From Mantamonas sphyraenae STR306 (taxonomy: Eukaryota > Protista > CRuMs), in contig JAPMXV010000004.1 of assembly GCA_026936335.1 (NCBI GenBank), positions 1 through 64,000 on the forward strand: a stretch of DNA of 64,000 bases, given 5' to 3'. A program made the position numbers and the translations under genes. Every line of letters begins with the position of its first letter. The stretch's first letter is position 1. The notes beneath the pieces were generated by a model. The model saw nothing but the letters and a program-made list of their open reading frames with translations, was not told where the DNA came from and searched no databases. Positions 44,479 through 61,244 of this stretch are shown in pieces.

Positions 44479-45264
44479 ATGTTCTGTCGAGCCACGCGCA
44501 CGATGCGACAGAAGCATTCCAGCGCTTCAAGAGCAGTCGCCAGAGTGGCCTCTGTGGATGCAAGCATGAACAATGGACCGCCGGCTGCTGGGGCCATCGA
44601 TACACACTGCAGTCTGGACGGGTTGTTTGTCCCGGTGACGGGCATGGAAGGATTTGCACACGACAACGCAAACCAGGTTGTCAAGGATGCTGTGGCCCGA
44701 CTGCCATCAGGCACACACGATCTACCGCCTGTGCTCGGGGCCCCACGATTGCACCGCAGCGACGGAAGCGATTCCAGCGTGGTGCACATGACTGTGGAAG
44801 CCCAGGTGGCACGTGACCACCCGTTGTTCGACAACCACTTCCCAGCCCCACACCGGGCCCTTCTTCCGGGCGCCGTGCAAACACAACTCATGCTCCAAGC
44901 ATGTGCCACCCTCCTCGAGAGCCTGCTGGTGGACGTCAACAACCACGTCGCCAGCAAGGAGCGCAACCACTTCCTTGCTCTCGACTTTCTCCACACCAAG
45001 TCGGCCAAATTTCGCAAGCCCATCCACCCGGGCAGCAAGCTCACCCTCAACGTCACCATCGACCTCGCCAGTGTCTCGCCTGCATTCCAGGCTCGCTCTC
45101 CCATCCATCGTCGCCTTTTTACCCAGGGCATTGTCGAAAACGTCCGTCTCAACTCTGCAACCCCGGCCATCCAGTGCCACCTGTATATGGACAAGATTGG
45201 CGGAAAATCCTCCCTCGCTGCAAATCTGGAGACTCAGGGCGTGTGGAAGATCGAGAGGAGGTGA
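44479..45264 (+). CDS. FabZ/FabA-like hot-dog dehydratase with presequence-like N-terminus
   Basis: HPLFDNHFPAPHRALLPGAVQTQLMLQA and AKFRKPIHPG; Arg/Ser/Ala-rich N-terminus MFCRATRTMRQKHSSASRAVAR. Confidence 0.78.
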   Translation: MFCRATRTMRQKHSSASRAVARVASVDASMNNGPPAAGAIDTHCSLDGLFVPVTGMEGFAHDNANQVVKDAVARLPSGTHDLPPVLGAPRLHRSDGSDSSVVHMTVEAQVARDHPLFDNHFPAPHRALLPGAVQTQLMLQACATLLESLLVDVNNHVASKERNHFLALDFLHTKSAKFRKPIHPGSKLTLNVTIDLASVSPAFQARSPIHRRLFTQGIVENVRLNSATPAIQCHLYMDKIGGKSSLAANLETQGVWKIERR

Positions 45265-45337
45265 ATGAGGCGGACGTTGGAACTACATTCCAGTGGAAGG
45301 TTTCCTTTTCCTTCTTCCGGCGCACACGAGCGCAGAC

Positions 45338-47724
45338 TCACTTTGCAGAAGCAATCCTGGCCAATGGAGAGCGCAGGGGCGAAGGTGCATGCTGTGCATG
45401 AATGCGTGGCGAACGCAGAGGCGATTGCAGACGCTGTCGAAGCACAGGAGATTGGAGCGCGGCACCGGCACGTTTGCGGGGCGTATGTACGGGCGACCCA
45501 AAGTGCACCGAGTTGTCCAATGCGTTCTCCTGGTTGTCTTCCATCGTCTCCTGCACCATCTCCTTCTTGGCCATTGGAGACTGCAGTGCCACCAGCACCG
45601 ACTTTTCCAAGGCTTCTCCACCTGATTCTTCCTGCACCTCATCCACAACCACTTCCTTCTCCTCTTCCTTCTCCTCTTCCTTCTCCTCTTCCTTCTCCTC
45701 TTCCTTCTCCTCTTCCTTCTCCTCTTCCTTCTCGTCCGCCACAGCATCCAGCTTGCCCATGAGACTCATCTCGACACACTCACCGTCGGTAGGAGACATC
45801 ATCAACGTCTCGTCGTCACCCTGGCTTTCAATCACGATGCCAGCGTCGGCTTCACGACGCCCACTCTGCACAGGGGTGGCAAAGTCCAGAAAGGTGCGGT
45901 AATCCTGGTCGTTGGCCTCTGTGGGCGAAAACAGCCGTCGTGCTTCGGGGGACAGCAGCGGAGTGCGCTCAGACACCCTTCGCGACGCACGTTCCATGGG
46001 TGTGCGCATGTGGTGCCGATTGCGCACCACAGACGCACTCACAGCAAGGGCACTGGATGACACACGCTGTCGCTTGTGATCAGGTTCGGGTGAAGTCGCC
46101 TCACCTTCACCTTGCTGCTGCTGCTGCTGCTGCTGCGATTCCTCCTGCCCCTCCTCCTCGTCCTCCTCGTCCTTGGACGCGCCGTCAAACATCATCATTT
46201 GCTTCAGTGGCGTGGCCACATTGGTGACAAAGCGGTCGAGCAGACCCGACCCGCCACCGCCACCGCCACCAGCAACGTCGGACGAGGAGGTCTTGCGCTT
46301 GCGTGTGGACCACACAAACATGTTGGAGAGACGGGAGGTGGCCACAGGAGTGGCGGGCACACGGATGCCCTCCTGAGCCAACTCCTCTCGCCTTCGCTTG
46401 CGTGCACTCTGTTGCATGGCACGCATGTGTTCGGCCTCCTGCATCTGGATGGCCACCACCTGTTCCACGGCGGCCAGTTCCGTGCGCAGATCCATGGCAA
46501 ACACCTGTTCCATCAGCGCATCACTGCCCACCACATCCACGGGGATTTTGAGCAGCACAGGCAGCAGGGTTCCCAGACCCTGGCTTGCGTTGGCCTGCAG
46601 CCGTTCCGCACACAGGTGCATCACACCCAGGCACACCTTGTACAGCGCCATCTGCCCTTCAAACATAAACACGTCCCAGATGCGCATCACTGTGCTCCAA
46701 TTCTTCATGTTGGTGAACATGGACAGCACCCAATTGGTCACATACATCAATGGGTGCACCTGATGTTCGTCCAACAACGCAAACACCTGCGGCGCCTCCA
46801 CCTCCAGCAGCCGCTCAAACACACTCGCAAAGTGTTTCAGCTCCTTCATCGATGGTTCGTAGAAGCCGTGCAAGTGATGCTCCAGCATCCACGCCACCGT
46901 CCAGAATGCATTGGCAGGCTCCATGTGCATCAGCAGGGTGGCGGCCACAAAGCTCATGCCCTGGCAGTAGCCCACCTCTTCGTCGTAGCATGCGTACGCA
47001 CGAAGTACGTCGTACAACATGGCACGTCCCACGCTCCCTTCGCCGTCAAACAGCCGGTGGTGGTAGCACGTGCGCGGCAGGTCCAGCTTGATCTGGTTGG
47101 CTGTCCGTTCCATCTCCCGATCCCCGTCTTCCAATCGTTTGTCCGACACAGCCACACATGCCTCATACTTGGCCTGTCGGTCCTCTTCACTTCCATACTG
47201 CTCCAGTTGTGCCATCCTCGCCCACACTTCCCCTCGCAGTTGGTGTGCCACACCGTGTTTGATCCTGCGCCCCAATCGTTCCCGTCCTTGTTCGCCCTCG
47301 TATCTCGACCACTGTGCCACCACCTTGTTCCACCTTCCCTCGTGCAGTCGATTCACCTTGTCTCGCGATGTTGGGCTCATGCTGCGTATGTTTGCACGAG
47401 GTGATGATCACGTCCCACCACTGTGTCAGGTGACCGTTTACGCAAAGGGCGCGCGACTCAACCTTTGTCTTGTCACTTCTCACCATTCCATCTCACGTGT
47501 GCTTCCCCCCCCCTCACCCGTCTCCCTTCCCTCCCATCCTATTTCTCACTCCATCTCCCACCGTGTGTCACTCACCACATCATGTCATTGGCCAGCTGCA
47601 GCTCCACCGGCTCGTCGTCAAGAATCCGCCAGCCAAAATGGTCGTACACCACGCTGGGTCTCTTCTCCTCCTCCTGCGTGTGGTCATCAAAGTCCACGTC
47701 GATGCTGTCGATAAGACTCTCCAT
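45338..47724 (-). CDS. TBC-domain Rab GAP with an upstream exon (MESLID...VVYDHFGWRI)
   Basis: IKLDLPRT, VGYCQGMSFVAATLL, RIWDVFMFEG; exon ~47576-47724 joins in phase via GTGAGT...CAG. Confidence 0.9.
45650..45735 (-). repeat. 12-bp tandem repeat encoding (KEEE)n within the TBC gene
   Basis: (ttccttctcctc) repeated about 7 times. Confidence 0.92.
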
Positions 47725-48225
47725 CTCGTTGGTTGGGAACTGTGATTGATGTGTGATTGCTTGCCTTCGCCCTCGCCCACCCAGAACAATCAGTGCTGGA
47801 TATAGTTACCGGCGTTCTTTATGATGACGTGGACGTCGGTCGTTCCCCCGGCCAAGACTGAATCCTGTTCCGTGCCGCGTATCAAATTTTGGCACGGAAT
47901 CCAAGCAGGAAGTGGACAAAGGCGGCAGCCTCGATTTCCAGCCTCGCTGCGCCGCGCTTTTTTCGTCGGCAGCGGGGTTGGCTGCTGCCTTGCCCATATC
48001 TCACCCTCGACATGTTGCGGGTAATCCCTCCCCCCATCCCTCCATGCATGCCTTTCCCACCCCATTCGCTGTGTTTCCCTCTTTCTGTCTACTTTTGTTC
48101 GCCCTCCAGCCCGGACCTGCATGTTGGCCGCTTTGCCAAGAGCAAAAGCACACTCTCCCTCCATCGACATGAACACAATCACCCATTCCGTACGCTCTCT
48201 TCTCTCTTTGTTTGTCATTCTTGCT

Positions 48226-51989
<3,764 letters not shown>

Positions 51990-51997
51990 TTGTGTCG

Positions 51998-53839
51998 TCA
52001 CCCTTCCTCCTCACCACTGCTGCTGCTACTGCTGCTACTGCTGCTTCCTGCTGTCTCACTCTCCCCTTGCTCCATCGTAGTCGTCGTCGTCGTTGTGGTC
52101 GTCGTCGTGGTGGTCGACCATGACGAGGTGTCATCCCCATCCTCGGGGGTGTTTCCCATCCCCCTCTCCAGGTCCTCACTGTCAATGCTGCTCACACTCT
52201 CTGTGCGCACACTGCCCACAGAGATCTGGTTGACCATCAGATTCGCACTGCTGCCTCCCACGCGTCCATACATGGCTTCCTGTGCCTTTTTGATGGCCTC
52301 TGTGATGGCATCCACCCATTCCTCCTTCTCCTCTGCCGTCGACGTGTACAGCACAAACGTACCACTCGTCGACATGATCTGAAACTGGTTGGTGCGTTTG
52401 CCCTCGTCCGGGATGTCGCTGATTCGTGCTGCCTGCAGGTTGATCTCCCCCTTGTACTCGTACAGGTCCCCAAACGTCGCCTTGCTCGCATACACCAGCA
52501 GGTCGGAAAACAGGAAGAACGTGCGCAGCTTGTCCGCTCCCCGCTTGGACGAACTCGGCTTCTTGTACAGCTTGCCTTCCTTGAGAAACTTCCGCGACGG
52601 CGAGATCAGAGCCTGGAACCGCTTGCCTGTCAGACGCCCCTGCAGTTCCACAATGCTTTGCATGTTCTCTGCGTCTCGTTTGCTCTCGTTGATGTTCTTG
52701 GCTACAGCCACCACCGCTTCCAGGGCTCGTTCCAGATCCGCCAGATCCCCGTGATCCTCCTCCGTGTGCTTCACCAGATCCCGCAGCAGCATTTCGTACC
52801 GTGGCACTCGTTGCACAGGGGTAATCAGGAACGCAGCCAGATCCCTTCCGGCCAGCGATGGGATGTTCTTCACAGAAGCAATGTAGTTCACGTACTCCGG
52901 GTCCTTCTCGCACACCTTTAGCTGCTTCATCGCGTTGTCAAAGTTGTTGATGTACTGTGTGTACATCTTCAGGTAGGGTGACTGCACATGCATCGTACTG
53001 GGTGTCAGCATACAGTACGTCTCTCCTGCCGTCCTGCCTTTGCCCCACAACGTCCCTCTCCCTACCATTTCCACAAACACCTTGCCCACAAACGGGTCCT
53101 CCTTCTCATACTCTTTCTCCAGCGACTGCAGCAGTGTCTTGTTAAAGTCGTAGATCAGTTCGATGTTTGTGAAAATCGCCTGCACGTGCTCAGGCGTGAA
53201 CTTTTTCATCACCGTGCCCGCCCGGTACTTGATCGGCTGATAGAAAATCTGTGTGCGATGTGTGTGTATGTATGCGTGTATGCGTGTGTGTGACCATGGT
53301 AAGCACCCTTCCCATCTCTAAACCGTGCCGTGGCGTGGGCCCTCACATGGCCGCCTCCATTTCCCAACCTCCCTTCCTTCCTTTCGTCCTTCTCACACCG
53401 TCTCCCCGTCCTCCCCACCCCTCCCCAACCCCTCCCCACCCCGCCTCCCGCTTACCTTGGTCATCACCTTGAGTCCATCCACATATGTCTTTTCCGTGGA
53501 CATGATCTCCCCCACCACCTGCTTGCGATGGGCCTGTCGCTTCTCCTGCTTGCGTTTTGCCTTGGCCTCCTCGTCCTCCTCTTCCTCACCCACCCTCTTG
53601 TCCTTCCCACTGCTCTCCTGTGTTGGCGTCTGTGTCTGTGTCTGTGTCTGTGTCTCCTGCTCCTCTTGTGCCTCCTGCACCTCTTCAGGCCCTTCCTGTG
53701 TTTGTTGCTCTTCCTGCTCTTCTTCCACAATCTCTTTTACATTCTCCTCTTCCACCTGCTCTTCCTCCTCTTTCGCCTCTTCCATCTTGGGTGTGGGCGT
53801 ACTCGACGGTGGTAGCTCCCATGGGTTGCGTCTGGACAT
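51998..53839 (-). CDS. DH-PH RhoGEF (FGD-like), two introns
   Basis: EIMSTEKTYVDGL, IFTNIE, LITPVQRVPRYEMLL, FFLFSDLLVY, EKEEWVDAI. Confidence 0.95.
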
Positions 53840-53888
53840 GTCGAACGAGTTTGGAGGCAGCAGCGCAGCGACGAAATCCTTCAGTCCT

Positions 53889-56800
53889 TCATTGGCCCCC
53901 CACACACTCCATCACCACATCCACACACCTCGGATCGACCCCCCATGCCACCAACTGCACCTGTTGTGCCCACGCATCCCCCTCTTCCTCGTCCTCCATG
54001 GCCTCCAGCGCAGCATGCACTCGATCCGGTGTGGGCAGACCGTGCATCCGCAGCATGGCGACAAACCGCCCTGTGCCCTCGCCTGGCAATTCCCATCCTC
54101 GATAGTACGCCTTCAATGCCTCCTTGTCTCTCGTGCTCACTTGCACCTGGGCCTCCACACGCTGCAGCACACTCTCCAAAAACGTGCTCTGCACCAGCGG
54201 TTCTGCCGTGAATGCCTGCTGCTGCATCTCTACCTCCTTGCCATTGCCTTGGTTTCGTCCTGGCCTTCGCGACGGATGTACGTGACGGTAGTACGCATGC
54301 AACAGCAAAAGGTTGGCCAGCTGTTGGCTGTCTTCCATCGCACTGCTGCCCACACGCTGTTCCATCTCTTGTACCATGTGTTGCAATTGCAGGTATGTCT
54401 GGAGAATGCCTGCCTTCTCCCGTGCCAGACACTCGTACAACACTGCCGTCATAAATGCACCCTCCTTTCGTGACGCCGCTCGCTCTGCACGCATTCCTTG
54501 CGGCATCTGCAGCTCCGCCTCGTACTGTGCCTCTTCCTCCTCTGCAGCCGCCCCTTCAGCCTCTGTCCACATGCCTCCGTCGTCGCAAAAGTGCCGTGCA
54601 AACGCAAGCACGTTTGCATCGTCCGAGAACGCAGCCACAAACTCGTCCTTGCGACGGCGTGCCTGTGCCCCTCCTCCTGCGCCAAACCGTTGCTTGGGAA
54701 ACGATCGCGACAGCAGAGAGCGTGATCCATGTGCATCCTGTTCGTAGGACAAGTAGCCTGTCTTGCGCTTGACATAGATCACAGGACGCTCCTGAAGTGC
54801 AGCTGCATGCTGCGGATTGTCCATGCTCAGGCTGCACGGCCAGTACCGAGCACTGTCGACGGCAATGCGACGCACATGCGCAAATTCGGGCAACAAACAC
54901 GGAGCCACACGTTCCACACGTGGACCCTGACCAGGCAGACTGTCTGGCGTCTCCAACTCGATCTCCAGCGGCATAAACACAGGCTGCATCGTGTCCACGT
55001 CACGTACCTCCACACACCGTTGCTCCAGTGCCATCACATACAGGTGCCGTAACGCCTGCATGTGGTACTGGCCGTCGTGGACGCTCATGGGGAACTGCGG
55101 GTACAACGAACACACCAACGCCGCGATTGCGTGTCACTCGTGCCCAGAGTGTACCTGCCTGCACCCACAAACAACAGTCCGAGTGCCATGTGCAGACACA
55201 TGTGCTCACCATAGTTGCGTTCTCCCGCAGGCGCCACCAGGTAGCGTCGGATCCACCGCATCACCGTCACGTTGCCCGTGCCTGCCATGACCATGGCCAG
55301 GGACAACAGACACACGTGGATGATGGCCCTCGATGTCGGCACCTTGCCGTACTCCCGCTCCAACTGCTCCACCAGCCCCAACAGTACATCAAAGGCATCC
55401 TGGTGCCCCGAACCAGCATAACGAAGACCGATGGCAAAGCAAGCCCCTGCCACCGCATTGTCCTGCACCCTCTGCACATGCTCCACATCAATCTCTGCAC
55501 GCAGCAGCTCCGCAGGCTCCATGTCACCACACCGTTCCAGAGTGCTGCGCACCACGGCAGGAACCTGACTGACCACCCACTCTGTGCTTGCCTCGATCCC
55601 CTGCCACAGGATCAGGTTGCGTGCCAACACACGCAGCAACACAACGTCCGGTCGCACGTAGTCCAGCAGGAACAGCGTGTTGGGCAACTCCACCATGGCC
55701 GCCATGGCCGACGACTCGCTGCGCAGGTACATCAGCCCCAACGCAAGGATGGCACCGGGTGCAGTCACGTCCACGTTGACGTTGGGTCCCTCACGCACAC
55801 GCGAACACTTGTGTGTGTTCGCGGTTGAGTCTGCCACATCCGCCACATCTGCCATCATCTCCATACTGCGAGCAATCGTTGCGCCTCCACTGCTGCCCGA
55901 TGCCACCGCCTCGCCCATGTCCTGTCCACCCAGAATGTACTTGCGCAGCCTGTCTTCCACCTTGAGATCGCCCAGACTGGAGGCCACCGTGCCTCCCTTG
56001 GCCAAAGTAACCCACCCCAAGGCCATCCCTGCCGCCAGTGCCTGCGATTCCCTGTCTTGTTCCTTGTCTGTGCTCGGACGCTTGCCAATCTCCCCAAGCA
56101 GCACCTCGGTCACACGATGGTGTGCACTGCCCTGGTACAGGAGGCCCACCCCCATCACAGCTGCACTCTGCACCAGAAACGGCACATCCAGGTCCACCGT
56201 CGTCGGCGGCAGCAGCGTGGGCACGTGGATGCACAGCATCTTGCTCACCGCAGTGTTCATCGTGCCACGGTACGCTGCTGCCATGCCCAACAACACACCC
56301 ACGTTGGTCACCTGGTCGCTTGCCTTGAGGTAATCAAAGATGTCTGTCAGTGCAAGCTCCTTCAAGTGTCCCAGCAAGCCCAGGGCCATCACCACTCCTG
56401 CGTGGCTGTTGCTCGGACTATCTGGTTTGTTGTACACAATCCATGTGCGTGTGATCCGGTTGTTGCCAGGGGCCAATCGCAATCCTGTTGCCACGCCATT
56501 GTGGAACTCTGCCCATGCTGTCTGGCCCTCTGCCCACTGTGCCTCGTCCAGACGGATGCGCGCGTGATTGCCCGGCAGGATGCCACTAAAGTCCATCTCG
56601 GGCACAGCCAGTGCTTCTGTAAGTGGCGCCGTTGCCGTGGCAAACGTCAGCATGCCACGTCCCACACTCGATGCCATCTTGCGCACTGCAATTTCGGCCA
56701 ATCGCGTCTGCTGCTGTTTGATCAGGTCGCCATCGTTGACTTCGGGGCCCAGCGACGCACGCAGAAGCACAGCACGCGTCACATCCATCAAACGTTGCAC

Positions 56801-59800
56801 CTCCTCCACGCGCCGATCCCTGCTGAACCGCATGCGCACCCACTCCTGTGGCAGCTCACACCCGGTCACTGTGTCTCCCTGGCCTTCGCCTCCTCGTCCG
56901 CTGGACCCTCCATTCGCCCCACTGCCACCACCACCACCTCCAGCCACAGCTGCACTCGAGGGTCCGTCTCCATCGCCTCCATCCTCTGGGCCACGATGGC
57001 TGCCTGCTCGCCCATGTGTGGTGTCGTGCGTCGATGTCAATCCAATGATGGCCGACAGGGTGCTGTGTGTCGCATCCTGCCCACCCTGTGCCGTGCCTTG
57101 CAGATGCAACCCGGATGAGGACGACGAGCCCGACGAGTGTCCACTCCATCCGTGCTGAGTCTGCGTCGTCGTCTTTGTGCTGCCCTTGCCACCACCTCGT
57201 GTGACGTCGTCCATGTCTGCCTCTCCGTCCTTGCGGAACTGCAGTGCCAAGTCCTCGCGTCCAATCATGGTGTATGTGGCTGCTGGCCATGTGTCCAGCG
57301 GATCGCGTCTGCACGTGCTCATGGCCTCCTTCAAGGGCATGGCCACGCCCAGGGGAAGACACTCCACGTCCTCCAGGGTGAACTGTTCCACATACATGGC
57401 ATTCACCACCCTGTGTGCATGGCTGTGCAACAACACTTCGCTGCCCGACGCCATGCCCCGTCCTCCCGCCCCCAGCATCAGCGTCGTATTGCCCATCAGC
57501 ATGGACACAAGCCCGGACGACGACGCAGACAATGACATCGACGATGACGACGTCGCTCGGTGGCCATTGCCACCTTGGGTTGTCTCGGGCGACATGAAAC
57601 TGACTGGGCTTGTGATGCCCACGCCACCTGTGGTTTCGTCACCCTTGCTAGTGCTGCTGTTGTTGTTGTTTCCTCCCTCCAATGTATCCTCAATGGGTGC
57701 AAACATGTGCACCGGCGTCTTGCTGCTGCTGCGTGACGTCGCACGTGTGTCGTCGTGGCTGTTGGCAGACGTTCCTGACGCGTCAGCAATCATCACATCT
57801 GCCAGCTCGCCAAAGCTTGTGCTGTGCGGCAGATACGAATCGCCGCTGTGGTTGGCCCCAACGGCCATTAGGGCGGCTGCAGGCGTGGAGCTGCGTGACA
57901 TGGATCGGTTGGCTGCATAGTGGCTGGTGGCCACATCCACACCGGCCGCTTCGTTGTCCGACAGCACATCGAAGAAGAGACACACCTTGCGTGTGAGCTG
58001 GCAAGGGAGACCGGCCGTGGTGACGTACTTGGAGGAACCGGCATCCAGGGTGGCTGCTGCGCTGCCGCTCGGGTTGCGAAACCATTGGGCGTCGCTGACC
58101 AGAGGGAAGCTGTGGGTTGCCCCACGCATGCGGGTGACCATCCAGCCATATACGTCGGGAGGGGGCATGATGAGACCCGATTCGTGCACGTGGTACACTG
58201 CCTGTTCTTCCTGGGCCTGTTGTGCGTGCGCACTGAGCCCCATGCCGGCAAACACCTCGCTCTCCTCGCTGTACAGTCGTGCATGGTCTCGCACGTAATG
58301 GTCCAGATAGGCCACAGCCACATCGCCCACTTGGTGGGCCATGCACACCAGTAGGCGTGCGAGCTTGGCCTGTTGCGGACGAAGCAGCATGTTCAGCTTC
58401 TGGTTTTCGTACAACAGGTGCAACGCAGTCATCACCTCTGCATGGCGTGTCTCCAATTCCGACATCTGTGTGGAATGCATCAGTGTCGTCATGGTGTCCT
58501 CGTCGAGCAGAGTCTCCCACTCGCCTTGCGTCGTGTCTCGTGGCTCCAGTACAGCCTGCAAGCTGGGCATACTTGCCATGGATGCGTGGTACTCACTGCC
58601 CAGCAACTGTGCCCATGCATCGCCATCCTCATTGTCGTTGCTTGGGCCAGTTGCATGTGCCGCGCCACCGATGGCACGCATGATCTGTGCAAACACAAGC
58701 CATTCGCGTTCAGCCAACAGTGTGTGTGCGTGGCTGGTGCGACCCAGGCTCATGTCCCGTGCACAGCATACCACCGTGCTGGCAATGTTCATGAGCGTGT
58801 GTGCAGACACGACATAGCCGAGCACATCCAAACACTGCTGCACCAGCGACGACGTCACGGCACACGGAATGCTGCAGCGCACCTCGTGCCCGCTGTTCAG
58901 GTAGAGTGTCAGCCTGTTGGACACAGCTTGGGACAGCGCCACCACCCCGACGGTGTCTGCATCCAGCACAATCGGTTGCCACTCCTCTTTGTCTTTGTGT
59001 TGCTGCGACGTCCCATGCCCCTCCTTCTCCTGCGCGCCTGCTCCACCTTGGGTCTCTGTGGCATCCTGCCCATCAACACTGGCCACGCTGTTCATGCTCA
59101 TGTCCAGACCACTGTCGCTCTGGTCCATGTCCATGCCTGAGCTCTGATCCATGTCGCTGCTGCTCTGGTCCATGTCGCTGTTGCTGACTGCACTCGTGTC
59201 CATGTCACTGTTGCCGTCTGTGTCATCGTTCTGCACTTGCACACCAGAAACGTCCACCACCACCGCATCCTCTTGCCCCGTGCCAGCCTTGGTTTTGAAC
59301 AGCCCTGCTGCTGCTTCCAGCTCGTCTTGAGGCACAGTGCATGTGGCAAACGGACTGTTGCCCACATGCAAGCGCATGTCACCGCGTGTGCCGAGCACCA
59401 ACAGATCCAAGGGGTTTGTCTGCCACGCTTGCTGCTCCGCCACACGCGGACGCGTTGCCTGAACCGCCACAGCATCCGCCACATCGTCCAACACAAAGCA
59501 CACACGCATGGGCTCGTCAACCGACAGATTGATGGCCACCAGTCGCTGTGTGTCTGCATACACCATGCACAGCAGCGGTTCGTTGTTGCAATCGTGTGTC
59601 ACAAACACCTTGCTCACGCACACCTCGCTCTCCTCGCTCCACTGCAACTCCATATACACCTCTGGGTCAATGGCTCCATGGTCGTCTTCCCCCAGTGTCT
59701 CGTTCAGAGTGTCGCTACTGCCTGTGCTGTTCATCGTAACGCTCCCACTCATGTCCCCAGCTGACGACACACTCAGGCCCGTCTCCTCCTCGCCTCCATC

Positions 59801-61226
59801 GTCTGTGCGGCCACCATTCCCAGCTCCGCCTCCCTGTGTTGCCTCCTGCGTCTCTAGAAAGGTACGTCGGAAGCTGCGTCGCTGATATGCATCGTTGCTC
59901 CTGCGAAGCAGCCAGACGGCGTGCAGACACCGAGCGGTGTCGTAGGTCATCAGAAACGGAAACACGGGTGAAGAGAAACACACCTGCAGGTGTGGGTTGC
60001 TCACAAACCCGCTCAGGGTCTCTTGCGCGGGGATGGCAGGCACTGCGTCTGCGTGCACGCGTGCAAACGATGCCGTAGAGGCATCCAGGCTGTCCACTTG
60101 CTCGCCTGCACTCAAGTCCAACAGAGGACGCTCTGGGTCGGCAAAAAGAAACTCAAAGTAGCTGAGGGGCTTGACCTCGTCCAGTGGATGGGCCAGGCTG
60201 AACAGCAGTGGCAGACTGTCGCCGACTGCTGCTCTCTCCTCCCCACCACCCTCGTTGTCATTGTCGTGGCTGCTACGATGTCGTTCCAACAGAAGCCCTC
60301 GCGGCAGCACGTGCATGGCCGCCATCTTGCAAGGGAAGGGCACGGTGAACATCGCCCCGCTGTTTGTGTACACACTCAGGCTCTGTGCATGGAGAACACA
60401 CAGAGACAATCCGGCCCATTCGTGGCTGCGCAGGGTCGCTGCTGATGGCATTGTTGCACTGCTGCTGTTGTGGTGGTGGGATGCACTGCGTTGCTGAGAG
60501 TCGTGCCGTCCTGCCTCACTTGCGGTCGTAGAGTTGACCCCCCCTCCTCCTCCACGCCTCTGGGTCCCCATACTGCTCCCTTCACCTTCATGCTGGTCCA
60601 GCGAGGCATCCAGAAACGACGAGTACAAGGTTTGCGGCTCCACAGAGCCGCCCGTGCGTTCCAACACCGCCTGTGGATCTGGCAACAGCTCAGCAGGCCC
60701 ATGTGACGACCCATTGTGTGTGGATGAACTCATGTTCCCTGCTGTGGTTTCTGTATGTTCTGCTGTGCCGCTGGTCAGCCCTGTGTCTTCGCTGAAGAAG
60801 CGAGTCCACCCTGCGTCCTGGATATCTGCTGCTGTGCTGTAGCTGGCCGTCACACGCTGTCCATGCATAACCACCACCCGTCTCTTTCCAATCACCAACT
60901 CTTGGTCATAGCTCCCTCCCTCCTGCGACGCGTACAACACCCGCCGCGAATTTGGCGCCATCTTGCCCAGGCCCTGGCTGCCCTGTGCCTGTTCAAAGCC
61001 CAACAGCGCCAATTCAAGCGTACGATGTGGGCCCTGTATCAGCTCACTCGATGCTTGCCTGTATGCGTGCGTGTGTGCGTGTGTGCATGTGTGTGAGGCC
61101 CTGTCAGCCGTGATCCTGATTCGAGCGCACCAATTCCAGACGGCTCTCGCTTGGGATGCAGGAACAACGGGCGTTGAAGGGAAGACGGAGGTGGACGGGC
61201 GCACATGGGCATCATGTCACATACAT
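53889..61226 (-). CDS. ANAPC1: Anaphase-promoting complex subunit 1; one-base frameshift at ~55131; 5' intron 61059-61224
   Basis: LFSLAHPLDE, EFHNGVATGL, PC repeats, NVDVTAPGAILALGLMYL, YHMQALRHLYV, VAPCLLPE. Confidence 0.93.
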
Positions 61227-61244
61227 TCTGTGTTTGGCAGTTTG

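Noticed and set aside
47800-47830. ATAGTTACCGGC resembling the U1 snRNA 5' end
   Set aside because: Mismatched to ACTTACCTG, no U1A loop; better explained as the reverse complement of a minus-strand donor (G|GTAACT).
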